Part shown: piece after piece, positions 22,019 through 32,436 of the stretch | Numbering within the stretch: the first letter of the stretch is position 1 | Layout of the letters: every line of letters starts with the position of its first letter | NCBI GenBank assembly: GCA_043747615.1 | Contig: JAYTOU010000042.1 | Location: 32,001-96,000 of the forward strand | Length of the DNA: 64,000 bases | Source of the DNA: Myxococcales bacterium | GTDB taxonomy: Bacteria > Myxococcota_A > Polyangia > Polyangiales > Polyangiaceae | Direction: 5' to 3' | Notes under the pieces: generated by a model | What the model was told of the DNA's origin: nothing | Databases searched by the model: none | Seen by the model: only the letters and a program-made list of their open reading frames with translations | Made by a program: the position numbers and the translations under genes

Positions 22019-22644
22019 AGAGCCGTCCGGAGCGGGCGGCGCTGGTCGTCAGCCTCGTCGCGTTCCTCGGAGGATGTCAGCGCGGCTGCCTCTCGACATG
22101 GCTGACGGAGCACGGCTTCGGGGGTGACAGCCCGCAAAAACAGGGTCTACTCCCCCACGGACCGGACGTGCCATGTCCCGACGGGCTCGCGCGATGCTCC
22201 GGCGGGAACGTTCGGACCTCCGTCTCGTTCATGCCCGCTTCGCCCTGCTCCCCCGAAGGCTGCAAGTGCCCCTGGGTGGACGCAGGGAGCTGCGCCCGGG
22301 GATGCGTCCTCGACGGAATTGAGCTCGAAATGCCCCCGGCTGTGGCGGCCACCCAGCTCTGCGCCCCGGCCGACGCGTCGTTCTACCGCGTGCTTCCCCC
22401 TGGTTCCCGCATCCCAGCGCAAACGCAGCACGCCCCTGCAAACGCGGATGCCTCCGACGAAACGGACCTAGGCATCGCGTGCGAAGTCGAGAAGTACCGA
22501 TGCCAGGACGGCCTCGTTTCGGCGTGCGCCGATGGCGGCCAAATTCCCGTGGCCGTCTGCACCGAAGGATGCGCGGAAGGGGAGCGCATGCTCTTCGACG
22601 AAATCACCCAAGAGGCCGCTCTGCCGATCCTCTGCGCTCGCTGA
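22015..22644 (+). CDS. Cys-rich hypothetical lipoprotein
   Basis: ATG 22015 (MKSRPERAALVVSLVAFLGGC, lipobox); many Cys pairs (CPDGLARC, CARGC, CTEGC). Confidence 0.7.
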   Translation: MKSRPERAALVVSLVAFLGGCQRGCLSTWLTEHGFGGDSPQKQGLLPHGPDVPCPDGLARCSGGNVRTSVSFMPASPCSPEGCKCPWVDAGSCARGCVLDGIELEMPPAVAATQLCAPADASFYRVLPPGSRIPAQTQHAPANADASDETDLGIACEVEKYRCQDGLVSACADGGQIPVAVCTEGCAEGERMLFDEITQEAALPILCAR

Positions 22645-22974
22645 AAGCCCCTCCACCGATGTGTAGGCGCGTGTGCGTTTCGCGCGTCGAGATCTTCGCA
22701 CCGCGAACACGCAGGTGTGCCCGGTGTGACTCTCAAGTCAGGATGTCTTGGCGATCCAGGGTGAGACATCGAAGACCGTAGTTCGATATCCACCGTCGTC
22801 ATGGAACGCGCTGATTCTGCCGGAAATGTGACGGCATTGCGCGCCGCCAGCTACCGTTCGATCTCGCTTGAAACAAGGTGATTTCGCCGGCCCGTGCGGG
22901 GACGCCTGGCGAAGTGACGCCGCCGCACACCTGCATCCGTTGCGCTAAATCGCCAACGACGGAGGCAAAGGTCG

Positions 22975-22991
22975 TTGGCGGGACAATTGCT
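22975..22991 (+). promoter_or_regulatory. Putative sigma-54 (-24/-12) promoter
   Basis: TTGGCGGGACAATTGCT with GG at 22977-22978 and GC at 22989-22990, exactly 10 nt apart; about 22 bp upstream of ATG 23013. Confidence 0.6.
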
Positions 22992-23012
22992 TATATGGAG
23001 TGAGTAAGTCAG

Positions 23013-24017
23013 ATGAAACCCCGCAAACTTGGATTACTGATTTCGGTTTTGGGCGGCGTCGTTCTCCTCGGAACCACGCGAGTCGAGGCCACGCCGGTCG
23101 TCCTGCTTACTGAAGCGCCGCTCGCCGCGCTGCCGGCATCGGCTCTGGAAGCCGTACCGGTCGTCGCCGAGGCCAAGGCCAAGGTCGAAGCCGTCCAGGC
23201 CAACATCTCCCTGAAAAACACGGCAACCCCCGTTCTCTCTGAGACCGGCAGCTGCGCTCCCGGAATGGTCGAAGTCGACGGCGATTACTGCCCTTGGCTC
23301 GAGCAAAAGTGCCTGCGCTGGCTCGATCCCGAGACGAAGATGCGTTGCGCGGAGTTTGCGCCCACGTCGCAATGCCAGTCGAAGACGACGCATAAACACT
23401 TTTGCATCGACCGCTTTGAATATCCAAACAAGCCCGGCGAGAAGCCGGTGGTCATGAAGACCTGGAACGAAGCGAAGGCCACCTGCGAAGGCGCGGGCAA
23501 GCGACTGTGCGGTGAGACGGAATGGACGCTCGCCTGCGAAGGCCAAGAGCACCTCCCGTACCCCTACGGCTACGCCCGCAACGCCGAGGCATGCAACATC
23601 GATAAGCCCCATCCCGACCCGGATGAGAAAGCCATCGCGAACCCCGCGACGCGCTCGGCCGAAGTTGCGCGACTCGACCAGCGCGACGCTTCCGGTGCCC
23701 GCGAGGCGTGCGTCAGCCCTTACGGCGTCAACGACATGACCGGCAACGTAGACGAGTGGGTCGTGAACGAGAGCGGTCACCCCTACAAAAGCAGCCTGAA
23801 AGGCGGCTACTGGGGCCCCGTTCGCGATCGCTGCCGCCCCTCGACGACGGCACACAACGAAGACTTCATCTTCTATCAAATCGGGTTTCGCTGCTGCGGC
23901 GACACGAGCGCGCCCGCCGCCGGCTCCGGTGTGAAGGAAAACCCGAACAGCGGTTCGCGTCAGAACCCGCTGCCGTCGATCGGCGCCAAAGACAACACGA
24001 TCCTCGCCGGAAGCTAG
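23013..24017 (+). CDS. Secreted formylglycine-generating enzyme (SUMF1/EgtB/PvdO) family protein
   Basis: Signal peptide; FCIDRFEYPN, GKRLC.ETEW..ACEG, YPYG, SPYGVNDMTGNVDEW, KGGYW, IGFRCC. Confidence 0.9.
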   Translation: MKPRKLGLLISVLGGVVLLGTTRVEATPVVLLTEAPLAALPASALEAVPVVAEAKAKVEAVQANISLKNTATPVLSETGSCAPGMVEVDGDYCPWLEQKCLRWLDPETKMRCAEFAPTSQCQSKTTHKHFCIDRFEYPNKPGEKPVVMKTWNEAKATCEGAGKRLCGETEWTLACEGQEHLPYPYGYARNAEACNIDKPHPDPDEKAIANPATRSAEVARLDQRDASGAREACVSPYGVNDMTGNVDEWVVNESGHPYKSSLKGGYWGPVRDRCRPSTTAHNEDFIFYQIGFRCCGDTSAPAAGSGVKENPNSGSRQNPLPSIGAKDNTILAGS

Positions 24018-24022
24018 GCGAC

Positions 24023-24478
24023 TTAGGGCGTCTGAGGGTTACCCTCGGCGCCTGCGTCGGGCGGAGGGGGCTTCATCCGAGGAGCGGGCGCAGGGGCCTC
24101 GCCGTACTCTTGGCGCATCTTGCGGGTGAGAGAATCGATCATGACTTGCTCGTGGTAGCGCGGCATCTCCGGTAGCTGCACGAGGACCCGAACAGGCGTG
24201 CCCGGCTCGCGCGGCCGCACCACCTCGATGGAGCCAGGGGTGACCTTCGTGCCGCTCTCCGACGAGTGGTAATCAAAGAGCAGGTAACCGGTGCTGTCGT
24301 CTTTTTCCGTGACCTTGAGCCCCATGTCGACGCGGACGAGGCGCATGGCCGCGTTCCAGGTTCGGTCGAACCCGTACGCCGAGTCGTAGGAGCTCTTTGC
24401 ATTGGCATGCGCGCCGCCGAGGAACATGGCCCCAGCGGCTCCGAGGATTGCGACGAATCGAACAACTCCTTGGCGCAT
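24023..24478 (-). CDS. Hypothetical exported protein
   Basis: Signal peptide ending AHA-NA; globular region TWNAAMRLVRVDMGLKVTEKD; Pro-rich tail; start could be 24514 or 24478. Confidence 0.7.
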   Translation of the reverse strand: MRQGVVRFVAILGAAGAMFLGGAHANAKSSYDSAYGFDRTWNAAMRLVRVDMGLKVTEKDDSTGYLLFDYHSSESGTKVTPGSIEVVRPREPGTPVRVLVQLPEMPRYHEQVMIDSLTRKMRQEYGEAPAPAPRMKPPPPDAGAEGNPQTP

Positions 24479-24563
24479 CCACTGCGGATACGTTGAACCG
24501 TCGTGGACGGCCAAATTATCTGGCGACTCATCGCCAAGAAATACGATGATCGCGTGCGCCTAC

Positions 24564-25706
24564 CTATGCGTCGGCGGTTGCAACTTCGTCGGCAGCGCTG
24601 AAGGCCCGGAGTGTCGTTCGGTCACCGACGAGAAAGATGAGCGCAGCAACCACGGTCCAAGCAAGCTGGGTTACGTAAATGAGAAACACGTACGCCGCAC
24701 CCTGACCCGTCACCACGCTCGTCGGAAAGTACATGGTCAATCCCGCGTAAATGCCGAGCTGGAAGACGCCGAGAAGACCGGGGGGGCCCGGGACGAGAAT
24801 CGTGATTCCAAGCATCCCCATGAGGGCGCATGTCTCGCCGAAGGTGATGGAGCTTCCGTCGGCGTGAATGATCCCGCAGCCCCATGCGAGGAGCCACATC
24901 CCGAGCACGTTCAATCCCCAGTAGAGCCCGGTCTCGAAGAAGAATCCGAGGGCATCTGCCTTGCGGCCGAAAAAGTGGAGGCCGTCGGCGAGGCGCTCGG
25001 CGATGCCAGCAAGCTTTTCGCCGAGCTTCTTGGAGACGATGCCGAACACCAGGAGCGTCGTGCGGTGCGCCCAGCCACGCGCAAAATAGAAAACGGCGAT
25101 GACGATGAAGGCGGTCGAGAACACTCCGAGCATCGCGTAGCCCATGTCGCGGACGTGGCTGACGCTTACCGGCAGGCCTACGACGGTCTTCGGCAGGGGC
25201 TCGATGTGGTCGACGAAAAAGAGCGCGACCGCGAGAATCATGCTCAAAAAAAGGCCGTCCACCACCCGCTCGGCGACGACGGTGCCGGTGGCCGCCGTCA
25301 TCGAGACCTTCCCCTTTTCGCGGATCATGAAGGGGCGGACGAACTCGCCGAGCCGGAACGGCATGATCAGAATCGCGCCGAAGCCGATCCACGACACAGC
25401 GAGGATGCGGCGCTGGGGAATGTTGGCGATGGAGCGGAGAAGAAACCGCCAGCGGATCGCCCGAAAATAACTCATCGCGACGAGGGTCACCGCGTAGGCC
25501 GGCACCGTCCACCACCGGACGTGGGCGAAGTTGCCCCCCTCGGGAACGAGCTTCAACCCCCCTTTTTGCAGGGTGAATAGGAGGCTGACCGTGATGATCG
25601 CCGAAGCGACGAGCTTTCCCGCGTGCCGGCGCACGAAGCCGCCGTCGCTGGGGCTCGGGGGGGGCGTCGTGCTTCTTCTCGGTGAGTCCGCGGTTTCGGA
25701 GGCCAC
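24564..25706 (-). CDS. Lysylphosphatidylglycerol synthase TM / flippase-like domain protein
   Basis: RAIRWRFLL, PFRLGEFVRP, TVVAERVVD, PGPPGLLGVFQ; multiple TM helices. Confidence 0.88.
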   Translation of the reverse strand: MASETADSPRRSTTPPPSPSDGGFVRRHAGKLVASAIITVSLLFTLQKGGLKLVPEGGNFAHVRWWTVPAYAVTLVAMSYFRAIRWRFLLRSIANIPQRRILAVSWIGFGAILIMPFRLGEFVRPFMIREKGKVSMTAATGTVVAERVVDGLFLSMILAVALFFVDHIEPLPKTVVGLPVSVSHVRDMGYAMLGVFSTAFIVIAVFYFARGWAHRTTLLVFGIVSKKLGEKLAGIAERLADGLHFFGRKADALGFFFETGLYWGLNVLGMWLLAWGCGIIHADGSSITFGETCALMGMLGITILVPGPPGLLGVFQLGIYAGLTMYFPTSVVTGQGAAYVFLIYVTQLAWTVVAALIFLVGDRTTLRAFSAADEVATADA

Positions 25707-25760
25707 TCTGCTGCGCTCTATAGCACGGTCAGGTCGCCTGCTGCGCTGGGTCCGTCGAGG

Positions 25761-27041
<1,281 letters not shown>

Positions 27042-27056
27042 GATCTTCTCCGTGTT

Positions 27057-27791
27057 CTAGTTTGCTGAAATTATGGCCCGGGGACCGTCTGCCAGGAGCC
27101 GCTTCGTCTCTTCTTTTCCTGCAAGCGACTGGAGCCGCTCGATGGCCTTCACCACGATGGCGACGTCCTCGGGCTTGTGCGCGTCGGAACAAGCCGCTTC
27201 GTACGCGTCGTCTTCGAGCAGGCGCTCCGCGGCTTTCTGCGACGCACGCCCGTACTTTCCGACCAAGGCGCATACGTCCAGCAAGAGGAGCGCACCCGCA
27301 TCGAAGAGTGGATCGAGGCACGAATCGTCCTTCCAGACGGGCTGGTACCGCTCGGGGTGGGCGATGACCGGGGTGAGGCCCGCGCGTCGAAGATCGAACA
27401 GCCGCGCCTGAAGGAACGCCGGAAAAGCGGTGGTGGGAAGCTCGATCAGCACGGTTTTTCCGCCAGGATACGGCAGCCCTTGGCCGTGTGTCAGCCGCTG
27501 GAAGACCACGTCGTCGAAGAAGTGCTCGCTCGAAAGATGCACTTCGGGCAGCGGACGGCCGGCGTCCAGAAGTCGGGCCTGGGCGAGCACGGGGGTCATC
27601 GCTTCAAACGCCTTTTCGAGTGCGTTGCGGTCATTGTTGAACATGCCCGGGCGCATGTGCGGCGTGGCGACGACGGTCGAAAAACCAGCTTGGTGCAGCC
27701 CGCGCAGGAGGGCGATGCCGTCCTCGGGCGAGCGGACGCCGTCATCGATGTCGGCGATCCAGTGGCAGTGGAGATCGATGAATCCACGCAT
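27057..27791 (-). CDS. PHP-family protein-tyrosine phosphatase (CpsB/CapC/YwqE type)
   Basis: IDLHCH..ADIDDG, VATPH, IAHPERY, SDAH metal-binding motifs. Confidence 0.92.
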   Translation of the reverse strand: MRGFIDLHCHWIADIDDGVRSPEDGIALLRGLHQAGFSTVVATPHMRPGMFNNDRNALEKAFEAMTPVLAQARLLDAGRPLPEVHLSSEHFFDDVVFQRLTHGQGLPYPGGKTVLIELPTTAFPAFLQARLFDLRRAGLTPVIAHPERYQPVWKDDSCLDPLFDAGALLLLDVCALVGKYGRASQKAAERLLEDDAYEAACSDAHKPEDVAIVVKAIERLQSLAGKEETKRLLADGPRAIISAN

Positions 27792-27899
27792 ATTCGGCCG
27801 CGGGGTGTTACCACGGTATCTCTTCGGACGGGCGATGGACTAACATGACGACGAGGCTCTGATGCCTCAGGGGCACACCGAGTCTCTCCTCTCAACCAA

Positions 27900-29063
27900 A
27901 TGGCATCGCTCAATCCGCTGACGCGCGAGTTGGTCTTCAAGGTGGTCTTCTACGGACCGGGCCTTGGTGGTAAGACCACCACACTCCAGCACCTCCACGG
28001 CGCTACGAAACCGGAGAACCGCGGCAACCTCGTGTCGCTGGCGACGCCAACGGATCGCACGCTCTACTTCGATTTCCTGCCGATCCGCGTGCCTCGAGTC
28101 CGGAACATGAACGTCCGGCTGCAGCTTTTCACGGTGCCCGGGCAAGTCTATTTCGGCGCCACGCGAAAGCTGGTCCTCACGGGGGCGGACGGAATCGTCT
28201 TCGTGGCCGATTCGCAGCCGGAGCGGCAGGACGCAAACCAGGAGTCCCTCGAGGACTTGAATGCGAACCTCGCGGAGCACGCGCGATCCCTCTCGGACAC
28301 GCCCCACATTTTTCAGTGGAACAAGCGCGATCTCCCCGAGGTTTTGCCGACCGCCGAGCTCGATCGGCGCTTCAATCTGTTCGGGGTCACGGCGGTGGAG
28401 ACGATCGCTTCTCGCGGAGACGGCGTCTTCGAGTCCCTCGAGCAGATTACGAAGGCGGTCATCAACGCGTACCGGGCGGAGATGCCGAAAGGGGGGCGTG
28501 AGCTTGCAACCTTCCTTGAAGCCTCCGACGAGGGCCTGACCGACGCCATCCGTGGGCTCACCGAGACGCCGACCGCCGCTGCAAATGACGAAGCCAGCGC
28601 CGACGATGCACCGCCAACGAAGATCCTCGGCTCGTCACCCGGCGCGGCCTTACAACGAGCCTCGCAGCGCGATCCCACGCCGCCCCCCGCGAAAGCGATG
28701 CCAGAGCCCGTTCCGGAAGAGATGAAGCTTTTCTCGTTTGCGGAGCTCTGGGGCGAAGGAGATCGAGATGGGATCCGAAAGGCCGAAGCGCTCCTCGGCG
28801 CACGCGACGCCACAGGCGCGGTCCTCGCGTGCGATCTCCTTCTCGCGCGTATTCTCGCGTCGGCGGCCTCCCTCACCGGGTCCCTCGACGCTCCCCGCGA
28901 TCCCGGGCTGGTGTGCCTCCTGATCGGGCTCGACGGGCGTCGCTACCTTCGGTTCCGGACCGTGGTCCGCGCCGCACGTCAGGACGAAGAGATCACTCTT
29001 CGCTCCGCCACCGATTGCCTCCTCTTCGTTCTCGAAGCGCGCCGCCTGAAAGACGGTATTTGA
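27900..29063 (+). CDS. MglA-family small GTPase with a long C-terminal extension
   Basis: KVVFYGPGLGGKTT, DRTLYFDFLP, LFTVPGQV, GADGIVFVADSQ, NKRDLP; about 190 extra C-terminal residues. Confidence 0.9.
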   Translation: MASLNPLTRELVFKVVFYGPGLGGKTTTLQHLHGATKPENRGNLVSLATPTDRTLYFDFLPIRVPRVRNMNVRLQLFTVPGQVYFGATRKLVLTGADGIVFVADSQPERQDANQESLEDLNANLAEHARSLSDTPHIFQWNKRDLPEVLPTAELDRRFNLFGVTAVETIASRGDGVFESLEQITKAVINAYRAEMPKGGRELATFLEASDEGLTDAIRGLTETPTAAANDEASADDAPPTKILGSSPGAALQRASQRDPTPPPAKAMPEPVPEEMKLFSFAELWGEGDRDGIRKAEALLGARDATGAVLACDLLLARILASAASLTGSLDAPRDPGLVCLLIGLDGRRYLRFRTVVRAARQDEEITLRSATDCLLFVLEARRLKDGI

Positions 29064-29140
29064 AGAAATTTGAAGGATCAGTAGTTTGAGCGATTGCCTC
29101 GCGGGCTGCGGTTCGATGCCTGAATAAGAGACCGGCTCGC

Positions 29141-30715
29141 CTAGAAAAGCGAGCCGATGCGCTGGACGATCCCGGTGCCGCCGAAGAGAGCGCGCACGCC
29201 CCGCATCATCCAGTGAAAGCTCTTTGCGGAGTACGGGAACCAGAGCGGATCCCGTGATGGCGGGGCGAACCGGTCGTAGTTGACGTGGCGAATGGAGGCC
29301 ATGTCACGAAGAGCGTCGTCGCCGTGGACGCGTCCGAAGCCGGAATTTTTGATGCCTCCGAACGGGGTGTCGATCGCCGCGTAGTTGATGAGCACGTCGT
29401 TCACGACGACGCTGCCGGCCTCGATCCGTTCGGCGATGCGGATGCCTCTGTCGCGATCCTTCGTGAACACGTAGCCGTTCAGGCCGAGGTGCGACGCATT
29501 CGAAAGAGCGATCGCCTCCTCTTCCGAGTCCACCTTTTGGATCGGAACGATGGGCCCGAAAATTTCCTCGTTCATCACCGTCATCTCGGCGCTGCAGCGG
29601 GCAAGGACCGTCGGTTCGAAGAACTGCCCGGGGCCCTGTTTTCGATGCCCGCCAGCGACGAGCTCCGCGCCTTTCTTGAGCGCGTCGTCGATGTGCGCCT
29701 CGGCCACTTCGATCTGCTTCGGGAAAATGATGGCTCCGACGTCGACGTAGTCCTTCGATGGATCGCCTTGTTTCAGCTCCGAGACGAGCGTTCGCACGCG
29801 CGCGACCAACGGGTCGTAGACGTCCTTGTGAGCGTAGACGCGTTCGACCGAGATGCAGGCCTGACCGGAGTTGCTGAAGCCGCCAAAGACGATCGCGCGC
29901 GCGGTGCGCTCGAGATCCGCGTCGGCGCAGGCGATGAGCGGCGCTTTTCCTCCGAGCTCCATCACACACGGAATCAAGCGCGCCCCGCAAGCGGCGGCGA
30001 CCCGTTTTCCGGTGTGCACTGCGCCCGTGAAGATGACCTTCTGGACGTCGCTTTCGATCAGCGCTGCTCCCGCCGGTCCGAAGCCGACGATGACCCCGAA
30101 GAGATCCTCCGGGAGACCGGTCGCGTCGTAGATCTCTTTGGCCTTGAGCATGGTGAGCGACGTGACCTCGCTCGGCTTCACGACAACGGCGCTCCCGGTG
30201 ACCAGCGCCGCCAGCACGCTCCCCATCGGAATCGAGAAGGGATAGTTCCACGGTGAGATGACGCCGACGACACCGCGCGGCGCGAAGTGTACGTAGCTCT
30301 TCTTGTGCTTGAGGAGATGGAGCGGGATCTGCTGCGGAGCAAGAATCTTCGCAGCGTTCTTGCAGTAGTACGTCGCGAGGTCCGCGGTGAGCATGACCTC
30401 GTGGGCGAGCGCTTCGTGGCGCGGCTTGCCGCATTCCTTCGTGATGATCTCCACGATCTCGTCGGCGCGATCGACGATCGCATCTCGGAAGCGAAGCAGA
30501 CGCTCACACCGCTCTTCGACCGGCAGGACCCCCCAGGCGGCCTGCGCTTTGTGGGCGCGCGCGACGATGGCGGTGATCTCCGCCGGAGCGGTGACCTTGA
30601 TCTCGCGAAGAAGCTCGCCGCTCGCGGGTGCGTAGCTGCGAATGGTGTCTTCGGAGGGCTTGCCGGCCGCGTTTCGGTTGGTCGCGTCGCCTTTTTCGTA
30701 CGCTACGAATCCCAT
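29141..30715 (-). CDS. Aldehyde dehydrogenase family protein
   Basis: ISPWNYP, KPSE, FTGAVHTG, ELGGK, NSGQACIS, EEIFGP, PFGG.K.SGFGR. Confidence 0.95.
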   Translation of the reverse strand: MGFVAYEKGDATNRNAAGKPSEDTIRSYAPASGELLREIKVTAPAEITAIVARAHKAQAAWGVLPVEERCERLLRFRDAIVDRADEIVEIITKECGKPRHEALAHEVMLTADLATYYCKNAAKILAPQQIPLHLLKHKKSYVHFAPRGVVGVISPWNYPFSIPMGSVLAALVTGSAVVVKPSEVTSLTMLKAKEIYDATGLPEDLFGVIVGFGPAGAALIESDVQKVIFTGAVHTGKRVAAACGARLIPCVMELGGKAPLIACADADLERTARAIVFGGFSNSGQACISVERVYAHKDVYDPLVARVRTLVSELKQGDPSKDYVDVGAIIFPKQIEVAEAHIDDALKKGAELVAGGHRKQGPGQFFEPTVLARCSAEMTVMNEEIFGPIVPIQKVDSEEEAIALSNASHLGLNGYVFTKDRDRGIRIAERIEAGSVVVNDVLINYAAIDTPFGGIKNSGFGRVHGDDALRDMASIRHVNYDRFAPPSRDPLWFPYSAKSFHWMMRGVRALFGGTGIVQRIGSLF

Positions 30716-30716
30716 G

Positions 30717-31103
30717 TCATGCCTTTCTTTCGATGAGCTCGACCTTGTAGCCCGACGGATCCTCGATGAAGGCGATCACGGTTGTCCCGTGCTTCATTGG
30801 ACCGGGCTCGCGGGTGACCTTTGCCCCCGCCGCTCGCGCGCGCTCCACCGTCGCGTGGATGTCTTCAGTTCCGATGGCGACGTGGCCGTAGCCGTCACCG
30901 ATCACGTACGAAGAGGTGTCCCAGTTGTGGGTGAGCTCGATCACCGCGCCCTTGCTCTCGTCCTCGTAGCCGACGAAGCACAGCGTGAATTTGCCGCCGG
31001 GGTAGTCGGTCTCGCGGAGCACTTTCATCCCGAGGACCTCGCAATAAAACTGCTTCGACGCACCGAGGTTCCCAACACGTAGCATCGTATGGAGCAGCCG
31101 CAT
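30717..31103 (-). CDS. gloA: Lactoylglutathione lyase (glyoxalase I)
   Basis: MRLLHTMLRVGNL, IELTHNW, GYGHVAIG, PGPMKHGTTVIAFIEDP.GYKVELIE; true start 31103, not 31571. Confidence 0.95.
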   Translation of the reverse strand: MRLLHTMLRVGNLGASKQFYCEVLGMKVLRETDYPGGKFTLCFVGYEDESKGAVIELTHNWDTSSYVIGDGYGHVAIGTEDIHATVERARAAGAKVTREPGPMKHGTTVIAFIEDPSGYKVELIERKA

Positions 31104-31116
31104 GAGCCCACGATAG

Positions 31117-32355
31117 TCAGTCCCTCCGGCGCGGCGCAATGGCCGGCCAGGCGATCCACGCAGCGGCTCCGGGTACGACGAGCGCGGCGAGGGCAAGCAG
31201 AACCTGATCGTACGTATGGGTGCGGTCGACGACCGTGCCGAGGATCGGGCTCGCGACCACGTACGCGGCAGATTGTGCAGCCGCGGTGAGCCCGCCTGCG
31301 CGCGAAACCCGAGACGGATCGATGCGCGAGAGCATGTCCCCCGTAAGAAGGGCGAAGAGCGCCCCACCGCCGGCCATGGCGGCTGAGGCCACCAGGGTCG
31401 CTTCGAACGCGTCAGCGGCGAGTGGCAAGCAGGCCAGTGTCGCCGCGAGCATCGCCGCGAAGGCGACGAAATCCGCATGCGAGCCCACGGATCCGTTTCT
31501 CTCTCTCCGGCTCGCTGCCACGCCGAACGCGACCGCGCCGACATCAAAGAAGAGGGGAGGGCACCACGCATAACGTCCGAGGTCGTCCTGCACGAGCCCG
31601 TGGGCGTCGACGAGGTACTGCGGAAACCAGTTCAGGACGAACATGATCCCGGGCGCGGACGCGACGACCAGAATGACCGCGCGAATTACCGCCCCCTGCC
31701 GCCCGAGCTCGGAAAGTGTGGTCGCCGCCTCTCGAAAAAACTTCGGGTGTGCCGTTTCGGGCAGGCGAGGGGCAAGCTCCGCGGTTGCGCCGCGTGTGGC
31801 GAGCAACCAGCACGGGATCCAAAGGAGTCCGATGAGCGCCGTCCCCACGAACGCAAACCGCCAACCAAAGTGCTTATTGAGAGCGACCGCCGCCGGAGCC
31901 GCGATCATCGCCCCGATCGAGCTGCCGGTGAAAAGAAGTCCGACCCCCGCGGAGCGATCACCTTCGGGAAGCGCGCGCTTCACCGCCTGCACCGCGCCGG
32001 GAAACGACGGAGCCTCCGCGAGCCCGAGAGCGATGCGAAGCGCAAAGAGCATAGAGAACGTAGGCGCGGCAGCATGGAGTGCTGCTACTCCGGACCACAC
32101 GAAGACAGCGGCCGCGAGCCCACGTCGAGCGCCTGCGCGATCGACGAGCGTGCCTGCGAGCGGCGCGGCCACGAGGTAGGCCATGGAGAACGCGCTCGTG
32201 AGCCACCCATAGTGCGTTCGATCGATGGAAAGAGCGGTTCTCACCGTCGGAGCGAGCGCCGCTAGGGTCTGGCGATCGATGTAGCTGACGCTCATCGCGC
32301 TCGTGGCCATCAGGGCGACGAGCCATCCTTGCGTTCGAGAGAGGGCTGGTTTCAT
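31117..32355 (-). CDS. MFS transporter (ACS/hexuronate-like)
   Basis: SYIDRQTL, G.LVDR.G.RR motif A, RIALGLAEAPSFP; about 12 TMs; start ATG 32355 (MKPALSRT). Confidence 0.9.
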   Translation of the reverse strand: MKPALSRTQGWLVALMATSAMSVSYIDRQTLAALAPTVRTALSIDRTHYGWLTSAFSMAYLVAAPLAGTLVDRAGARRGLAAAVFVWSGVAALHAAAPTFSMLFALRIALGLAEAPSFPGAVQAVKRALPEGDRSAGVGLLFTGSSIGAMIAAPAAVALNKHFGWRFAFVGTALIGLLWIPCWLLATRGATAELAPRLPETAHPKFFREAATTLSELGRQGAVIRAVILVVASAPGIMFVLNWFPQYLVDAHGLVQDDLGRYAWCPPLFFDVGAVAFGVAASRRERNGSVGSHADFVAFAAMLAATLACLPLAADAFEATLVASAAMAGGGALFALLTGDMLSRIDPSRVSRAGGLTAAAQSAAYVVASPILGTVVDRTHTYDQVLLALAALVVPGAAAWIAWPAIAPRRRD

Positions 32356-32436
32356 CGGAATTCGAGGGACAGACCGTACGTGCATCCCGAGTGATTCGCG
32401 TGAATTTCCGAGGTCAACCGTGTACACTTTTATGAG

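Noticed and set aside
22955..22995. GGCAAA motif suggesting a c-di-GMP-I riboswitch
   Set aside because: No GNRA-capped stem or downstream GCAAAG/CTAA elements were found. A sigma-54 promoter with an inverted repeat explains the region better.
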